The notes below the pieces were generated by a model, which searched no databases, was not told the DNA's origin, and saw only the letters and a program-made list of their open reading frames with translations. From assembly GCF_014287795.1 (NCBI RefSeq), contig NZ_JACOON010000006.1, positions 194,024 to 258,023 on the forward strand: a stretch of DNA of 64,000 nt, written 5' to 3'. This stretch comes from Christensenella tenuis (lineage in GTDB: Bacteria; Bacillota; Clostridia; Christensenellales; Christensenellaceae). Shown piece after piece: positions 27,770 to 37,598 of the stretch (the first letter of the stretch is position 1; every line of letters begins with the position of its first letter). A program made the position numbers and the translations under genes.

Positions 27770-27815
27770 ATATAAAAAAGAGAGCACGGTTTCCCGTACT
27801 CTCTTCACTTTTTTC
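27770..27815 (-). terminator. terminator downstream of the YbaK-like gene (bidirectional-looking)
   Basis: AGAGAGCACGG-tttcc-CGTACTCTCT with one mismatch, flanked by an A-run and a T-run. Confidence 0.45.
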
Positions 27816-27905
27816 ATATTAGCATTTTATCACAAATTCGCAGTCATTTGCATGACAACTACCCGACATCTTCTGCACCAGCAGGGAAAGGAGGCGCTTT
27901 CGCTT

Positions 27906-28355
27906 TTATTCTACGAACGCCAGCATTTTGTTCAGCCGGATCACGTCCTCCGGCCGCAGTTTAATGGTGTGGCGCGGATCGCCCGTGTTTCCGTAAATAT
28001 AGTCGTGTATCGTCATTCCCTTATCGAACAGAATGGGAAGGTTGTGCCCGATCAGCGGCAGGAGTTTTGCTTCATACCCCGTCGCCTGTTTTACAAGTTT
28101 CGGGTCTGCCATCCCCTTCACTTTATATCCCAACACATAATTGATGGATTCAATATCCATACTGTCCCTGCCGGCGTTCACGACCATGGCGGCCAGTCCA
28201 CGCTCCGTATTGATCACATAGACGGCAGCGACAAGTTCCGCATCAAAATACCGGATCGCATCTTTGGCCCCTGCAAGCGGCTGTTCATGCTCCTGTAGTT
28301 CAAAAACGACTTTGTTCTCCGTGAGATAATCCTTCAGTTGCTCCAAGTTCATCAT
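27906..28355 (-). CDS. YbaK/ProX-like deacylase family protein (paralog)
   Basis: 149 aa, same size and fold class as the adjacent YbaK. Recognition is weaker. Confidence 0.45.
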   Translation of the reverse strand: MMNLEQLKDYLTENKVVFELQEHEQPLAGAKDAIRYFDAELVAAVYVINTERGLAAMVVNAGRDSMDIESINYVLGYKVKGMADPKLVKQATGYEAKLLPLIGHNLPILFDKGMTIHDYIYGNTGDPRHTIKLRPEDVIRLNKMLAFVE

Positions 28356-28383
28356 AATTGCATCTTTCCTTCAGCTATTGTAT

Positions 28384-28863
28384 CTATTCCCGCACAAGAT
28401 CTGCTGTTTTTGCGTGTACCGCGGCAATCAGGTCTTGTGGGGCAAGCTCTATTTGCTGCCCGACTTTTCCCGCGCTCACCAGCATTTCCGGAAGCTGCCC
28501 GCACGAGCGGTCAATGACCGTGCCGTATGCTTTCTTCATTCCAACGGGCGAACATCCCCCGCGGATATAGCCCGTCACTTTGTTTAAATCTTTTACAGGA
28601 ATCATTTCCACATGCTTCTCGCCCACTGCACGCGCCGCTTTTTTGAGGTCCAGCTCGCGCTCTACCGGCACCACAAACACAAAATATTGCCGGTCCGCAC
28701 CTTGTGTCACCAATGTTTTAAACACTTTTTCCGGTGCAATACCGAGCTTTTTCGCGGCGGTAATCCCATCGACGGCGCCGTCTTTCACTTCATAGGAATG
28801 AGTCTTATAGGCGATTTTTGCGCGGTCCAGCATGCGCATCGCGTTTGTCTTCACAGTTCCCAT
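28384..28863 (-). CDS. ybaK: Cys-tRNA(Pro)/Cys-tRNA(Cys) deacylase YbaK
   Basis: MGTVKTNAMRMLDRAKIAYKTHSYE N-terminus and a GGCSPVG block characteristic of YbaK. Confidence 0.75.
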   Translation of the reverse strand: MGTVKTNAMRMLDRAKIAYKTHSYEVKDGAVDGITAAKKLGIAPEKVFKTLVTQGADRQYFVFVVPVERELDLKKAARAVGEKHVEMIPVKDLNKVTGYIRGGCSPVGMKKAYGTVIDRSCGQLPEMLVSAGKVGQQIELAPQDLIAAVHAKTADLVRE

Positions 28864-28993
28864 AAAAACCTCCCCTCTTATTATACCGGGCCGTCATTTT
28901 TTTGCAAATACAAACAAGCCGCCGTATATAAAAAACCGTTTGCGCGCATTTTCCTGCGTACAAACGGTTTTTTATGGGTTCTATGATTAATGA

Positions 28994-29146
28994 CTATTTC
29001 GAAGTCTTACGCTGCACCGCGTTATTCGCCTTGGTTCCGGCCTCATGCACTTTGGACGACACCTTGCTCACGCCTTCCTTGGTTTTATCCGCTACCTTGG
29101 TTATGACTTCATCTACTTTTTTTCCTGCTTTTTCCATCGCTTCCAT
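28994..29146 (-). CDS. small CsbD-like stress-family protein (50 aa)
   Basis: MEAMEKAGKKVDEVITKVADKTKEGVSKVSSKVHEAGTKANNAVQRKTSK, a Lys-rich repetitive helix typical of CsbD-type proteins. AAGAGGTG RBS. The tracker ORF extends upstream. Confidence 0.4.
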   Translation of the reverse strand: MEAMEKAGKKVDEVITKVADKTKEGVSKVSSKVHEAGTKANNAVQRKTSK

Positions 29147-29316
29147 ATTGGGCACCTCTTTTTTTATAAAATTCAAAAGCCGGTAAGACTCAGCGATACG
29201 CAATTTATGACGTTCGATTATCCGTGATCCGCCGGTTTTCTGTGCTATAAAGATACACGCTTCCACCGGCCGGAAACATTAAAATCCAAGACCGCAGTAA
29301 ATTCCCGCCGCCCTTT

Positions 29317-31116
29317 TTACGCCGCCGCTTCCCCTTCGGTGCTCCAGTCTTCTTCAATCAAATATTTTTGCAGCACCTGCGCAATACGCGGTATTTCTCC
29401 TTCGTCAAACGGGCTCGCCAGCCCCGCCGCCTTCACGCCCGCAATAAAATCACCGCTTTCTTCCCGCCTGAGGAGTGCCTGGTATACATCCAGCGCAGCC
29501 TGTTCATCCGTAAGCGAAAGCTCCCACAACTGTACCGCGATATCCGCCGACGTCGCATAGGCAAACGTATAATACGGCGACTCGTAAAGGTGCGGTATCG
29601 TAACCCAGTCATACGCATACAAATCTTCATAAAAGAGGTCTGTGAATCCAAACCGCTCCGCCTGCCGCCCGGCAATCTCCTCCACCGCCTCGAGCGTAAT
29701 TTCGTTCTCTCCAAGCGAATATACTTCCTGCTCCACCGCCGTATAGTAGGCCTGCTGGACAAGAGAGTTTATTTTGTCGGACAGCGCATTATACTGCATT
29801 TCGTATCCCGTTTCTGCCCCGAAAAATTCTCCGTAGTGGTTGGCCGCCAAAAGCTCCAGAGCCTGCGAGTAAATTTCCGAAACATCCGTCGTTTCCGCAA
29901 CGGCGCCCATTTCAAGGTAATTATTGAAGTGCCCGAATTCATGAACCAGCGTTGTCATGCTGTATTCATCGCCCGTATAGGACATCAATATAAACGGCGA
30001 ATAGTAGCTGTCAAGATAGGTCGTATACGCCCCCGGGCTTTTTCCGGCGCGCGGCTGCCAGTCAATCAGGCCGTATTCCCGCATCAACTGGAAATTTTCA
30101 CCGAGAGCGGCATCCATCCCGTAGAGCGTATCCTGTACAAAATCCGCCCACTCCTCGTATTCTACATCTTCTTCGATCAGGTAGTCGAACGTTTCCGCAT
30201 ATACCGGTGCAAGATAATCCACAATCTCGCTGAGCATATTTTCCATCATTTCCGGCGTATAATCCACACCGTTTTGTGCAAACACCATATCCGTGTAGGT
30301 TTCGAACCCAATCTTTTGGGCGAGCTGCGTGCGCGTTTGCACGAGTTCTACATAAATGCCTCCAAGTTCAGGCTCATGCGCCTCATACCACGCGGCAAGC
30401 GCATCATAGTATGCTTCCCAATCATCCAGCATTGCAATATCATCGTAGGTCAGTTCCTCCCCGTCCCAGGGAATCGTCAGCGTTGCCCGCTTCTGCGCAT
30501 ATTCGGAAAGCAGTTCCGCCTCTTTTTCGTAAAGGGCCTGCGTTCCCTCTCCATACCATTCTTCATCCTCGACAATCTGATCAAAATAACCCGGCTGCCA
30601 GTTCTTTTCAATTTCCGTACGGAACGAAGAGTTGTAAAGCGCTACGTAGTATTCCTCATACGCGATATCCACAGTGGTAAACCCCTGCGTGGTATAAGCC
30701 TCCTCCGCCAGCCACGTTTCATCCGTAAGGTTCATTGTGCTCATCAGGGAGGCGAGGCTCATCATCGTATTATAATCCCGGTAGAGCGATTCCCCCTCTT
30801 CGAACAGCGCCTTTAATTCCTGCGCGTTTTCACAACCGTATATTTCCTCCGCCAGCTCATAGAGACGCGCGGCCGTTCCTTCTGCATCGGGGCGCACATA
30901 CTCTATTTCGGAAAAAGGCGTCGCATCCGTATCCTGCGGGTCGAGCTCCGGAAAGGGCTGCGGCGAAAAAGACGGGGACGGCTGCGCGCTGCCGCTGCGT
31001 ATCTCGTCCACTGCCTCCGTAATGATCGTACGCGCAATGCTGCATCCGCTTACGAGCGCTGCCAGAATAAGAACCGCCGTAACAAGGGCTGTAATCCGTA
31101 ATTGTTTTTTCATCAA
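29317..31116 (-). CDS. M3 family oligoendopeptidase (PepF-like) lipoprotein
   Basis: Lipoprotein signal ...LAALVSGCS. HEFGH zinc motif in TLVHEFGHFNNYLEMG. Confidence 0.8.
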   Translation of the reverse strand: MMKKQLRITALVTAVLILAALVSGCSIARTIITEAVDEIRSGSAQPSPSFSPQPFPELDPQDTDATPFSEIEYVRPDAEGTAARLYELAEEIYGCENAQELKALFEEGESLYRDYNTMMSLASLMSTMNLTDETWLAEEAYTTQGFTTVDIAYEEYYVALYNSSFRTEIEKNWQPGYFDQIVEDEEWYGEGTQALYEKEAELLSEYAQKRATLTIPWDGEELTYDDIAMLDDWEAYYDALAAWYEAHEPELGGIYVELVQTRTQLAQKIGFETYTDMVFAQNGVDYTPEMMENMLSEIVDYLAPVYAETFDYLIEEDVEYEEWADFVQDTLYGMDAALGENFQLMREYGLIDWQPRAGKSPGAYTTYLDSYYSPFILMSYTGDEYSMTTLVHEFGHFNNYLEMGAVAETTDVSEIYSQALELLAANHYGEFFGAETGYEMQYNALSDKINSLVQQAYYTAVEQEVYSLGENEITLEAVEEIAGRQAERFGFTDLFYEDLYAYDWVTIPHLYESPYYTFAYATSADIAVQLWELSLTDEQAALDVYQALLRREESGDFIAGVKAAGLASPFDEGEIPRIAQVLQKYLIEEDWSTEGEAAA

Positions 31117-31271
31117 AATGTCCTCCGTGCCACCATTTTACCATAAAACAGCACACAATGTTATGCCAATGGAATACTCATTTCCTGCCCGGAACGCCAA
31201 ACGCCGCCTGCCCTTTCCAGGCAAGCGGCGTAGCCATTTGCGCCTATGGCAAACCTATACCCCTCTTTTGC

Positions 31272-32729
31272 TTATTTGTTTTCCTGTGGTTCTTCAGGCC
31301 CTGCTTCTTTTGGCATGGCTTCCTGCGCCGCATCCGCTTTCGGTTCTTCCAGTTTCGGCGGTTCTTTCGGTCCAATTTTCTTGCCGAGGAATTCCGGCAG
31401 TTCCATACCCGCCATCTCGAAAATCTCGTTCATGGGCGGGATACTCTTCATGAGCCCGGAGAGAAAGTTCGCCGTGGACGATTTTCCGTCCTTGCCTTCT
31501 CCGCTGTCCCATACGGTGACTTTATCGATCTTCAGGTCGCGGATCGCTTCCACCTGCACCTTCATCAGGTTTTCCATCTTATCCGCAAGCATCAGCATCA
31601 GCGCGTCCTTTGCGCTTCCGCCCGCCGCGTCTACAATATCGGCAAACCCGGCTGCCTGCTTTTTGAGAATTTCTTGCATACCGCGCGCTTCCGCTTCCAT
31701 TTTTGCATAAATGGCGTCCGCTTCACCGGCTGCCTGCCTGCGCAGGCGTTCCGCTTCCGCCTCTGCGGCCAGCTCGATCTGGCGTTTCTGGATTTCCGCT
31801 TTGACGATAACGTCCGCTTCGAGCGTCGCTTTTTCACGCGCCGACCTTGCAAGCTCGGCTTCTTTCTCTGCCGCGTACGCTTCTTCGAGGGCCTTTGCGG
31901 ACTGCACCTTTTCCGCCGCGGTCGCAAGCCGCATCGCTTCCGCTTCCTTTTCCCTTCTTGCCGCGTCCGACTGCGCAATTTCGATTTTCGCCGTGTTCTC
32001 GCCCGTGATTGCCTTGGAGTTTGCGGTTGCGACTTCCACACGCTGGTCGCGCTGGGCGTTCGCCTCGCCGATGGAGCCGTCGCGCACTTTTTCCGCAACC
32101 GACTTCTTCGCGTCGTTGATCGCTTTGGCGGCCGCTTCTTTGCCGAGCGCCGTAATGTAGCCCGATTCGTCGCTGATATCCGTTACGTTTACGTTGATGA
32201 GCCGCAAGCCAATCTTTTTCAGCTCGGACTCTACGTTCCGGGAAACCGCCTCCAGGAATTTATCCCGGTCTGTGTTGATCTCTTCGATATCCATCGTTGC
32301 AATCACAAGGCGCAGCTGGCCAAAAATGATATCCTTGGCAAGCTCTTGCACCTCGCTCATCGCAAGCCCCAGCAGGCGTTCCGCCGCGTTCTGCATCACG
32401 CCTTGCTCCGTCGAGATACCCACCGTAAAGATCGAGGGAACGTCGATCCGGATATTCTGGCGCGAAAGCGCATTTTTCAGGTCTACCTGGATGGAAAGCG
32501 GCGTCAGGTCAAGATACTGGTATGCCTGGATGACAGGCCATACGAACGCCGCGCCGCCATGGATACATTTCGACGTGCGGTTCGTCCCATCCGTATTCTG
32601 CCCCACCTTACCATAAATGACCATAATCCTGTCGGACGGGCATTTTTTGTACCTCGTCAGGAAAATCAACAGGCACATAAACGCCAATACAACGATAACT
32701 ACGATTAAAATCAGTGATTCAATACTCAT
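31272..32729 (-). CDS. flotillin / SPFH (band 7) domain protein (FloT/YuaG-like)
   Basis: N-terminal TM, SPFH domain, then a long Ala/Glu-rich coiled coil (EAEAMRLATAAEKVQSAKALEEAYAAEKEAELA...). Start moved to MSIESL (RBS AAGGGG). Confidence 0.85.
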   Translation of the reverse strand: MSIESLILIVVIVVLAFMCLLIFLTRYKKCPSDRIMVIYGKVGQNTDGTNRTSKCIHGGAAFVWPVIQAYQYLDLTPLSIQVDLKNALSRQNIRIDVPSIFTVGISTEQGVMQNAAERLLGLAMSEVQELAKDIIFGQLRLVIATMDIEEINTDRDKFLEAVSRNVESELKKIGLRLINVNVTDISDESGYITALGKEAAAKAINDAKKSVAEKVRDGSIGEANAQRDQRVEVATANSKAITGENTAKIEIAQSDAARREKEAEAMRLATAAEKVQSAKALEEAYAAEKEAELARSAREKATLEADVIVKAEIQKRQIELAAEAEAERLRRQAAGEADAIYAKMEAEARGMQEILKKQAAGFADIVDAAGGSAKDALMLMLADKMENLMKVQVEAIRDLKIDKVTVWDSGEGKDGKSSTANFLSGLMKSIPPMNEIFEMAGMELPEFLGKKIGPKEPPKLEEPKADAAQEAMPKEAGPEEPQENK

Positions 32730-32823
32730 TTTGTCTACCCCTTCTTCCGCATTTGCGGAAAACTCAGAACCCACTTTTTATAACAGTTGCAGCGCCCCGG
32801 GCCCCACTTCCGGCGGCATTTTC

Positions 32824-33573
32824 TTACTTTTTTACCACAATCAGCGTATTGCCGTTGGAAATGCCCACTACCGTAACTTCCGCTCCGGTAGGGATTGTCG
32901 CCTCTCCATCCGTGACCGCGTCCATCTCCACAAGGCGGTCCTGCACCATAATCGACACCTTACCTGCCGCTCTCCGCTTTTCGTGGATGGGCAGGTACAC
33001 CGTACCCGACTTTCCAAGCGCGTTGCGGATATCAAGCGTGCCATCCGACTGAAGCCGCATCATGGCGCGCATCGCCACCGCGATAAGCACCATGGCGACG
33101 ATACCGAACACAATCGCAAGGACTACGCTCGCCACGGGCAGTACGTCTGATTTGAGCATCAAAAGCCCCGACCAGCCGAATACCGCAAAGAACGCCACCA
33201 GCCCCTGCAGCGTGAACAGGTGCAGCCCGCTTCCGCCAAAATGCGTGTGCGTATCGTGCGCTCCTGCGGGATCCCCCGTGTCCGCCATGCCGCCGTGCAG
33301 ATCCGCACCGGATGAAATGTCTACATCGGATATCCCGTCCGCCGTGATATCCCCGATATGGATATCCATATCCTGCGGCAGATAGACATCGCCCTGCGCA
33401 TCAAAATCAAAATGTGCATCGCCGGGCGCATCCGTCCCTATGTCCGCGTCGCCTCCGTGCCCCGCGCCAATGAGGAGCAGGATCACTTCAATCACAAGGA
33501 GCACCGTGGATGCGATGCCAACTACTGCAAAAATCTGCTCGACCAGTGTCATGGCCTCCCACCAAGCCAACAT
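32824..33573 (-). CDS. NfeD-like membrane protein (YuaF-like flotillin partner)
   Basis: Start at MLAWWEAMTLVEQIF with a GGAGG RBS; the tracker's 173-aa upstream extension is Arg/Gly junk. TM helices plus a C-terminal OB-fold-like beta domain (GKVSIMVQDRLVEMDAV...VVGISNGNTLIV). Confidence 0.7.
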   Translation of the reverse strand: MLAWWEAMTLVEQIFAVVGIASTVLLVIEVILLLIGAGHGGDADIGTDAPGDAHFDFDAQGDVYLPQDMDIHIGDITADGISDVDISSGADLHGGMADTGDPAGAHDTHTHFGGSGLHLFTLQGLVAFFAVFGWSGLLMLKSDVLPVASVVLAIVFGIVAMVLIAVAMRAMMRLQSDGTLDIRNALGKSGTVYLPIHEKRRAAGKVSIMVQDRLVEMDAVTDGEATIPTGAEVTVVGISNGNTLIVVKK

Positions 33574-33845
33574 ATACCTATACCTCCTTCCTGCGTCGCA
33601 ACATGCGCCTCTTTGCCCGCTTAACCCCTCCGGGTACAGCTTCGTTTTTGCGCAGTTGTTCTTTCTGCCCGGCTTATAAGCGCCCGCTTCCAAAGAAACA
33701 GCCCTTTTGTCCCCATAAGGGCGCTTTTTCCGTTTATTCCCGATACGGCGCAGCTTATGCCGTTTTCTGCGATTGCCCGTGGGAATAGGAAAAACGAAGC
33801 CTTCGCCTTTCCCACGCCCGCGCGGTTCATCCCGTGCCCGCTTTT

Positions 33846-34382
33846 TTATTCCAAAGCGTTCAGGAGCTGGTTCGCCTCTGCCTTGATCTGTGCAGACAGA
33901 TGTGTCAGCAGGATAATTTTCAATACTTTTTTCAGCCGTTCCCCGGCCTGCGTGCCGCCCGGCATCTTTTCCCCCACTACCCGGGCAATGATATCGTCGA
34001 CCCCGGTTGCTTCGCGGATTGCGTCCCCCGGCACCTGCCGGAGCAGCTCGACAAAACAGGTGTAGATCAGCGTCGATGCTCCCTTTCCGCACAGGGTTTC
34101 CACATAGCGGATCATCCGCGTCACCTGGTCTATCTGGAAGATGTCGTTCATCATATTAATCATCACGATGGTACAAAACTGGTCGCAATCGTATTTTTTG
34201 TTCACAGGCGGCGGCACGAATTTCCGCTTGACCCAATTCTGGACCGTATGCGCCGATAATCCCGTCAGCTGCAGCACCTGCGAAAGCACCAGCCCATTTG
34301 CCGCGAACAGTGAATTCAGGAAATCCTGTATGCCGTGATCAATATTCATTTCTACCGTAGTGCCCGGCAAAAAACGTATCAT
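33846..34382 (-). CDS. hypothetical protein with putative HTH (LTGLSAHTVQNWVKRK)
   Basis: 178 aa, coding-like composition. MerR-like HTH stretch near the N-terminus. Family not recognised. Confidence 0.45.
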   Translation of the reverse strand: MIRFLPGTTVEMNIDHGIQDFLNSLFAANGLVLSQVLQLTGLSAHTVQNWVKRKFVPPPVNKKYDCDQFCTIVMINMMNDIFQIDQVTRMIRYVETLCGKGASTLIYTCFVELLRQVPGDAIREATGVDDIIARVVGEKMPGGTQAGERLKKVLKIILLTHLSAQIKAEANQLLNALE

Positions 34383-34671
34383 TGGCTTTCAGTCCTCCTT
34401 TGCCTAAGTCTATCCCCAGGCTTCGCCCCGGCATAAGCGCTCTCTGCCGGGCTTCCCGCACCGGAACGACTCTCCCGGAATTTCGTCCGTTTTTTCCCAT
34501 GCGGTCCGGCCTTTTTTTGCTCTGCATAGCGTATTTTGCCTTTTTATGCCCATATTATATCATGCAGTCATATGACTGTCAAATAATTTCGTGTGACTCC
34601 CAAACTATTTTTTATGCAAAAAAAGCCGCTTCCAAAAACCGGAGGCAGCCCTGTTTGCGCTTCGCCCGCCA

Positions 34672-35619
34672 CTACCGCTGCACCACATTCTGCGGTGTCC
34701 CGGCGAGCCACTTTCTTACGTTATCCGTCACAATCAGCGCCCTTTTATAAAGCGCCTCTTTTGTCGCAAAGCCCACGTGCGGAGCAAGAACCGTACGCGG
34801 CGCGTACAAAAGGGGTTCGTCTTCCGAAAGGGGAGGTTCCGCATCAAATACGTCGACCGCCGCCCCTCCGATGCGCCCCTCGCGCAGGGCCTGGGCCAGC
34901 GCCCGTCCGTCTACAAGCGGCCCGCGCGCCGTGTTGACGAGCACCGCCTCCCGTTTCATCAGCCCCAATTCCTTTTCCCCGATCATGCCGCGCGTTTGCC
35001 CGGTCAGCGGCACGTGCAGGGAAACAATATCGCATACGGAAAGCAATTCAGGCAGCCCTGTATAGCGTATGCCCGGAACATCTTTTTCCGTGCGGCTGTA
35101 TGCAAGCACCTCGCAGCCAAACGCCCCGGCGATCCGTGCTACCCGCAGGCCGATTTCCCCCGTGCCGACTACACCAAACCGTTTCCCTTCGAGCTCACTG
35201 CCCACAAGGCCTTCCCTTGTTTTGCCCGCGCGTACCGCTTCGCCGCATTCCGCGAGCTTCCGCTCCAGCGAAATCAGCATGCCGAACACAAGGTCGGCAA
35301 CCGCCGCCGTCGAATATCCTGCGCTGTTGCACACAGTGATCCCTTTGCTGCGGCACGCGTCAAGCGCAATATGGTCGACGCCCGTAAACGCTATGCTGAG
35401 CAGCTTCAGGTTTTCGCATCCGTTAATCACCTCGGCCGAAAGCGGCTGGTTTGCAGCGGCAATTACATCTGCGTCCCGGCCCCTCCGGATCAGTTCTTCC
35501 GCATCTGCGGCACGCGTCCTATACAGCACAATTTCCGCGTCCTTTGGCAGCGCACGCGCCGCCATCTCCCGCAGGCTTTCCTCTTTTATGCCAAGCGGCT
35601 CGATTGCAACAAATTTCAT
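34672..35619 (-). CDS. D-isomer-specific 2-hydroxyacid dehydrogenase family protein
   Basis: GVVGTGEIGLRVARIA NAD-binding motif. Catalytic R/E/H region (LVNTARGPLVD...HVGFAT). Start at MKFVAIEP (RBS GGGAGGAA). Confidence 0.8.
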   Translation of the reverse strand: MKFVAIEPLGIKEESLREMAARALPKDAEIVLYRTRAADAEELIRRGRDADVIAAANQPLSAEVINGCENLKLLSIAFTGVDHIALDACRSKGITVCNSAGYSTAAVADLVFGMLISLERKLAECGEAVRAGKTREGLVGSELEGKRFGVVGTGEIGLRVARIAGAFGCEVLAYSRTEKDVPGIRYTGLPELLSVCDIVSLHVPLTGQTRGMIGEKELGLMKREAVLVNTARGPLVDGRALAQALREGRIGGAAVDVFDAEPPLSEDEPLLYAPRTVLAPHVGFATKEALYKRALIVTDNVRKWLAGTPQNVVQR

Positions 35620-35754
35620 ACCGGTTCCTCCCAGCTCGATTCTTTCCTCCATCATACCATATTGCCGGGGTTTGCAACAAAAATTTAAGGTTGCGGGCCT
35701 ATGGGCGTGGATGATATGATAAAATTATAAAATATATGTTTGGAAGGGACCAAA

Positions 35755-36162
35755 ATGAAAGAAGTAAAATGTGCCTGCAAAGGCACTTTTCTGGACAAAT
35801 TTATCCAGCCGGCCATCCTCACCGCGCTGATGGACGGCCCGCTGCACGGCTTTTCAATTTTAAAAAAACTGAACGCCGACGGCCTTCTGTCCGGCGATCC
35901 CGACCCGACCGGCTTATACCGCACGCTTAAGAAAATGGAAGCCGCGGGCCTGCTTTCTTCGGATTGGGAAATGGGTGAAAACCGCAAGCCCCGCCGCATT
36001 TACGAGATTACCGGGGATGGCAGGGACTGCCTTGGAACCTGGCGGGCAACCCTGCGTGCCTACCAGCAGGACATCGCTTCCCTGATCGGCAAAATCAATG
36101 AAAAAATTCCTTCGGATGCGCCCTGCGGATGTTGCTGTTCCAAAGGGGAACAGCCGGTTTGA
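35755..36162 (+). CDS. PadR family transcriptional regulator with Cys-rich termini
   Basis: LDKFIQPAILTALMDGPLHGFSILKKL winged-helix PadR core. N-terminal CAC and C-terminal CGCCC cysteine clusters. Confidence 0.75.
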   Translation: MKEVKCACKGTFLDKFIQPAILTALMDGPLHGFSILKKLNADGLLSGDPDPTGLYRTLKKMEAAGLLSSDWEMGENRKPRRIYEITGDGRDCLGTWRATLRAYQQDIASLIGKINEKIPSDAPCGCCCSKGEQPV

Positions 36163-36193
36163 GCGCATAAAACCAAAAAGTATGCGGTTTGAA

Positions 36194-36226
36194 ACGGCAC
36201 AGCAGTTTTTGCTGTGCCGTTTTTTC
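36194..36226 (+). terminator. rho-independent terminator after the PadR gene
   Basis: AACGGCACAGCA-gttttt-GCTGTGCCGTT + TTTTT. Confidence 0.7.
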
Positions 36227-36592
36227 ATGCGCCCTGACCGCCCCCGGAAGACCCGGCGGCAGTGCGGATATAAGCGGGCTGGCGCAGCATCAGGGGAAAT
36301 GGAGTTTATTTGCGCCATGGCGGCTTTGCCACATAGATTGTGCGAATCTTCCTTTTCCACCGCAAAAACCACAAGCTGTTTTTTCCCGCGCTTTTCATAC
36401 CAAAAGCAAACGGGCCCACCAAGGCAAGGAACGTTTCCCCCGGTATGTCCGAAGGATTTTCTCTTCTCATCTGCATAGTAAAAGACCAGTGCCGTCCGTT
36501 TTTTGCCACTGGTCTTTTTCACGTTTACCGGCCGCCTGTCCGCCAGCCGTTTTGTTTTTTATCATTCCGCGCGCTTCTTATGCGCCGGGCCC

Positions 36593-37444
36593 TTACAGCG
36601 GAAAATTATCCGGATCGTTCGTCGTCCCGTCTGGATCAACCATCGCGTCTATGACCGCCATGTCGTCCGCCGCGAGTTCAAAATCGAATACTTGGGCGTT
36701 ATCTGCGATTCTCGACGGCGTGACAGATTTGGGCAGCGGCAGTACGCCGTTTTGCAGCACCCAACGGATGCAAATCTGCGCCACGGATTTACCATACTTC
36801 TCCGCGATGCCCTTCAATGTTTCGTTGCCGAGCATTTTTCCCGTGCCAAGCGGGCTGTATGCCTCAATCAACATGCCTTCCTTTTGTGAATAGTCTGCGG
36901 CCTCTTTTTGCATCAGGCCCGGATGGTATTCAATCTGGTTCACCATCGGCATGATTTCCGCCGTTTTTTTCAATTCCTCTACATGGTGCGGCAGAAAGTT
37001 GCTGACGCCGATCGCGCGGATGCGGCCTTCCTTGTACAGCTCCTCAAAAGCTTTCCAAGTCTCCGCATTTTTTTTCTGCCAGTCGTTTTTGAACTTTGCC
37101 GGAACGGGCCAGTGGATCAGGTATAAATCCAGGTATTCGAGCTCAAGGTCTTTCAGCGTTTTATCGAACGCGCGCAGCGTACTTTCATATCCATGCTCGT
37201 CGTTCCAAAGCTTGCTGGTTACGAACAGTTCGCCCCGCTTTACGCCGGAATTCGCGATCGCTTTCCCCACGCTCTCTTCATTTCCGTAAATCGCCGCCGC
37301 ATCGATGTGGCGGTATCCGTCCGCAAGGGCCGCCTCAACGGCTTTTACCGCCGTTTCGCCGTCGGGCGTCTGCCATGTGCCAAACCCTATGCACGGAATC
37401 TGAACTCCGTTTGAAAGGGTAAACGTATCTGCTAAACTTTTCAT
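36593..37444 (-). CDS. aldo/keto reductase (2,5-diketo-D-gluconate reductase-like)
   Basis: GFGTWQ...DGYRHIDAAAIYGNEESVG...LYLIHWP AKR signature blocks. Confidence 0.85.
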   Translation of the reverse strand: MKSLADTFTLSNGVQIPCIGFGTWQTPDGETAVKAVEAALADGYRHIDAAAIYGNEESVGKAIANSGVKRGELFVTSKLWNDEHGYESTLRAFDKTLKDLELEYLDLYLIHWPVPAKFKNDWQKKNAETWKAFEELYKEGRIRAIGVSNFLPHHVEELKKTAEIMPMVNQIEYHPGLMQKEAADYSQKEGMLIEAYSPLGTGKMLGNETLKGIAEKYGKSVAQICIRWVLQNGVLPLPKSVTPSRIADNAQVFDFELAADDMAVIDAMVDPDGTTNDPDNFPL

Positions 37445-37598
37445 TTGAATCCCTCCTTTTATGTACGGTCATTCGGATAATAAATGCCCGGTTGTTTTAA
37501 TCATAAACGTTTTTCCAAAAGAAATCAATGACAATCATAGCAGGCAGCATGTATAATAACAAAGGAACTTATTTCAGGAAATACGGGAGTATTACTTT

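Noticed and set aside
29368-32708. long + strand ORFs (482 aa and 516 aa) opposite the M3 peptidase and flotillin genes
   Set aside because: Antisense shadows of clearly recognisable minus-strand genes. Products are Arg/Phe-rich nonsense.
32824-34092. 422-aa version of the NfeD gene
   Set aside because: The first 173 codons are GC-rich, Arg/Gly-rich filler overlapping the promoter region. The internal ATG at 33573 with GGAGG RBS gives a canonical NfeD.
35914-36522. 202-aa minus-strand ORF
   Set aside because: Overlaps the well-supported PadR gene on the opposite strand and reads through its terminator. Composition is junk-like (Arg/Gly/Cys-rich).
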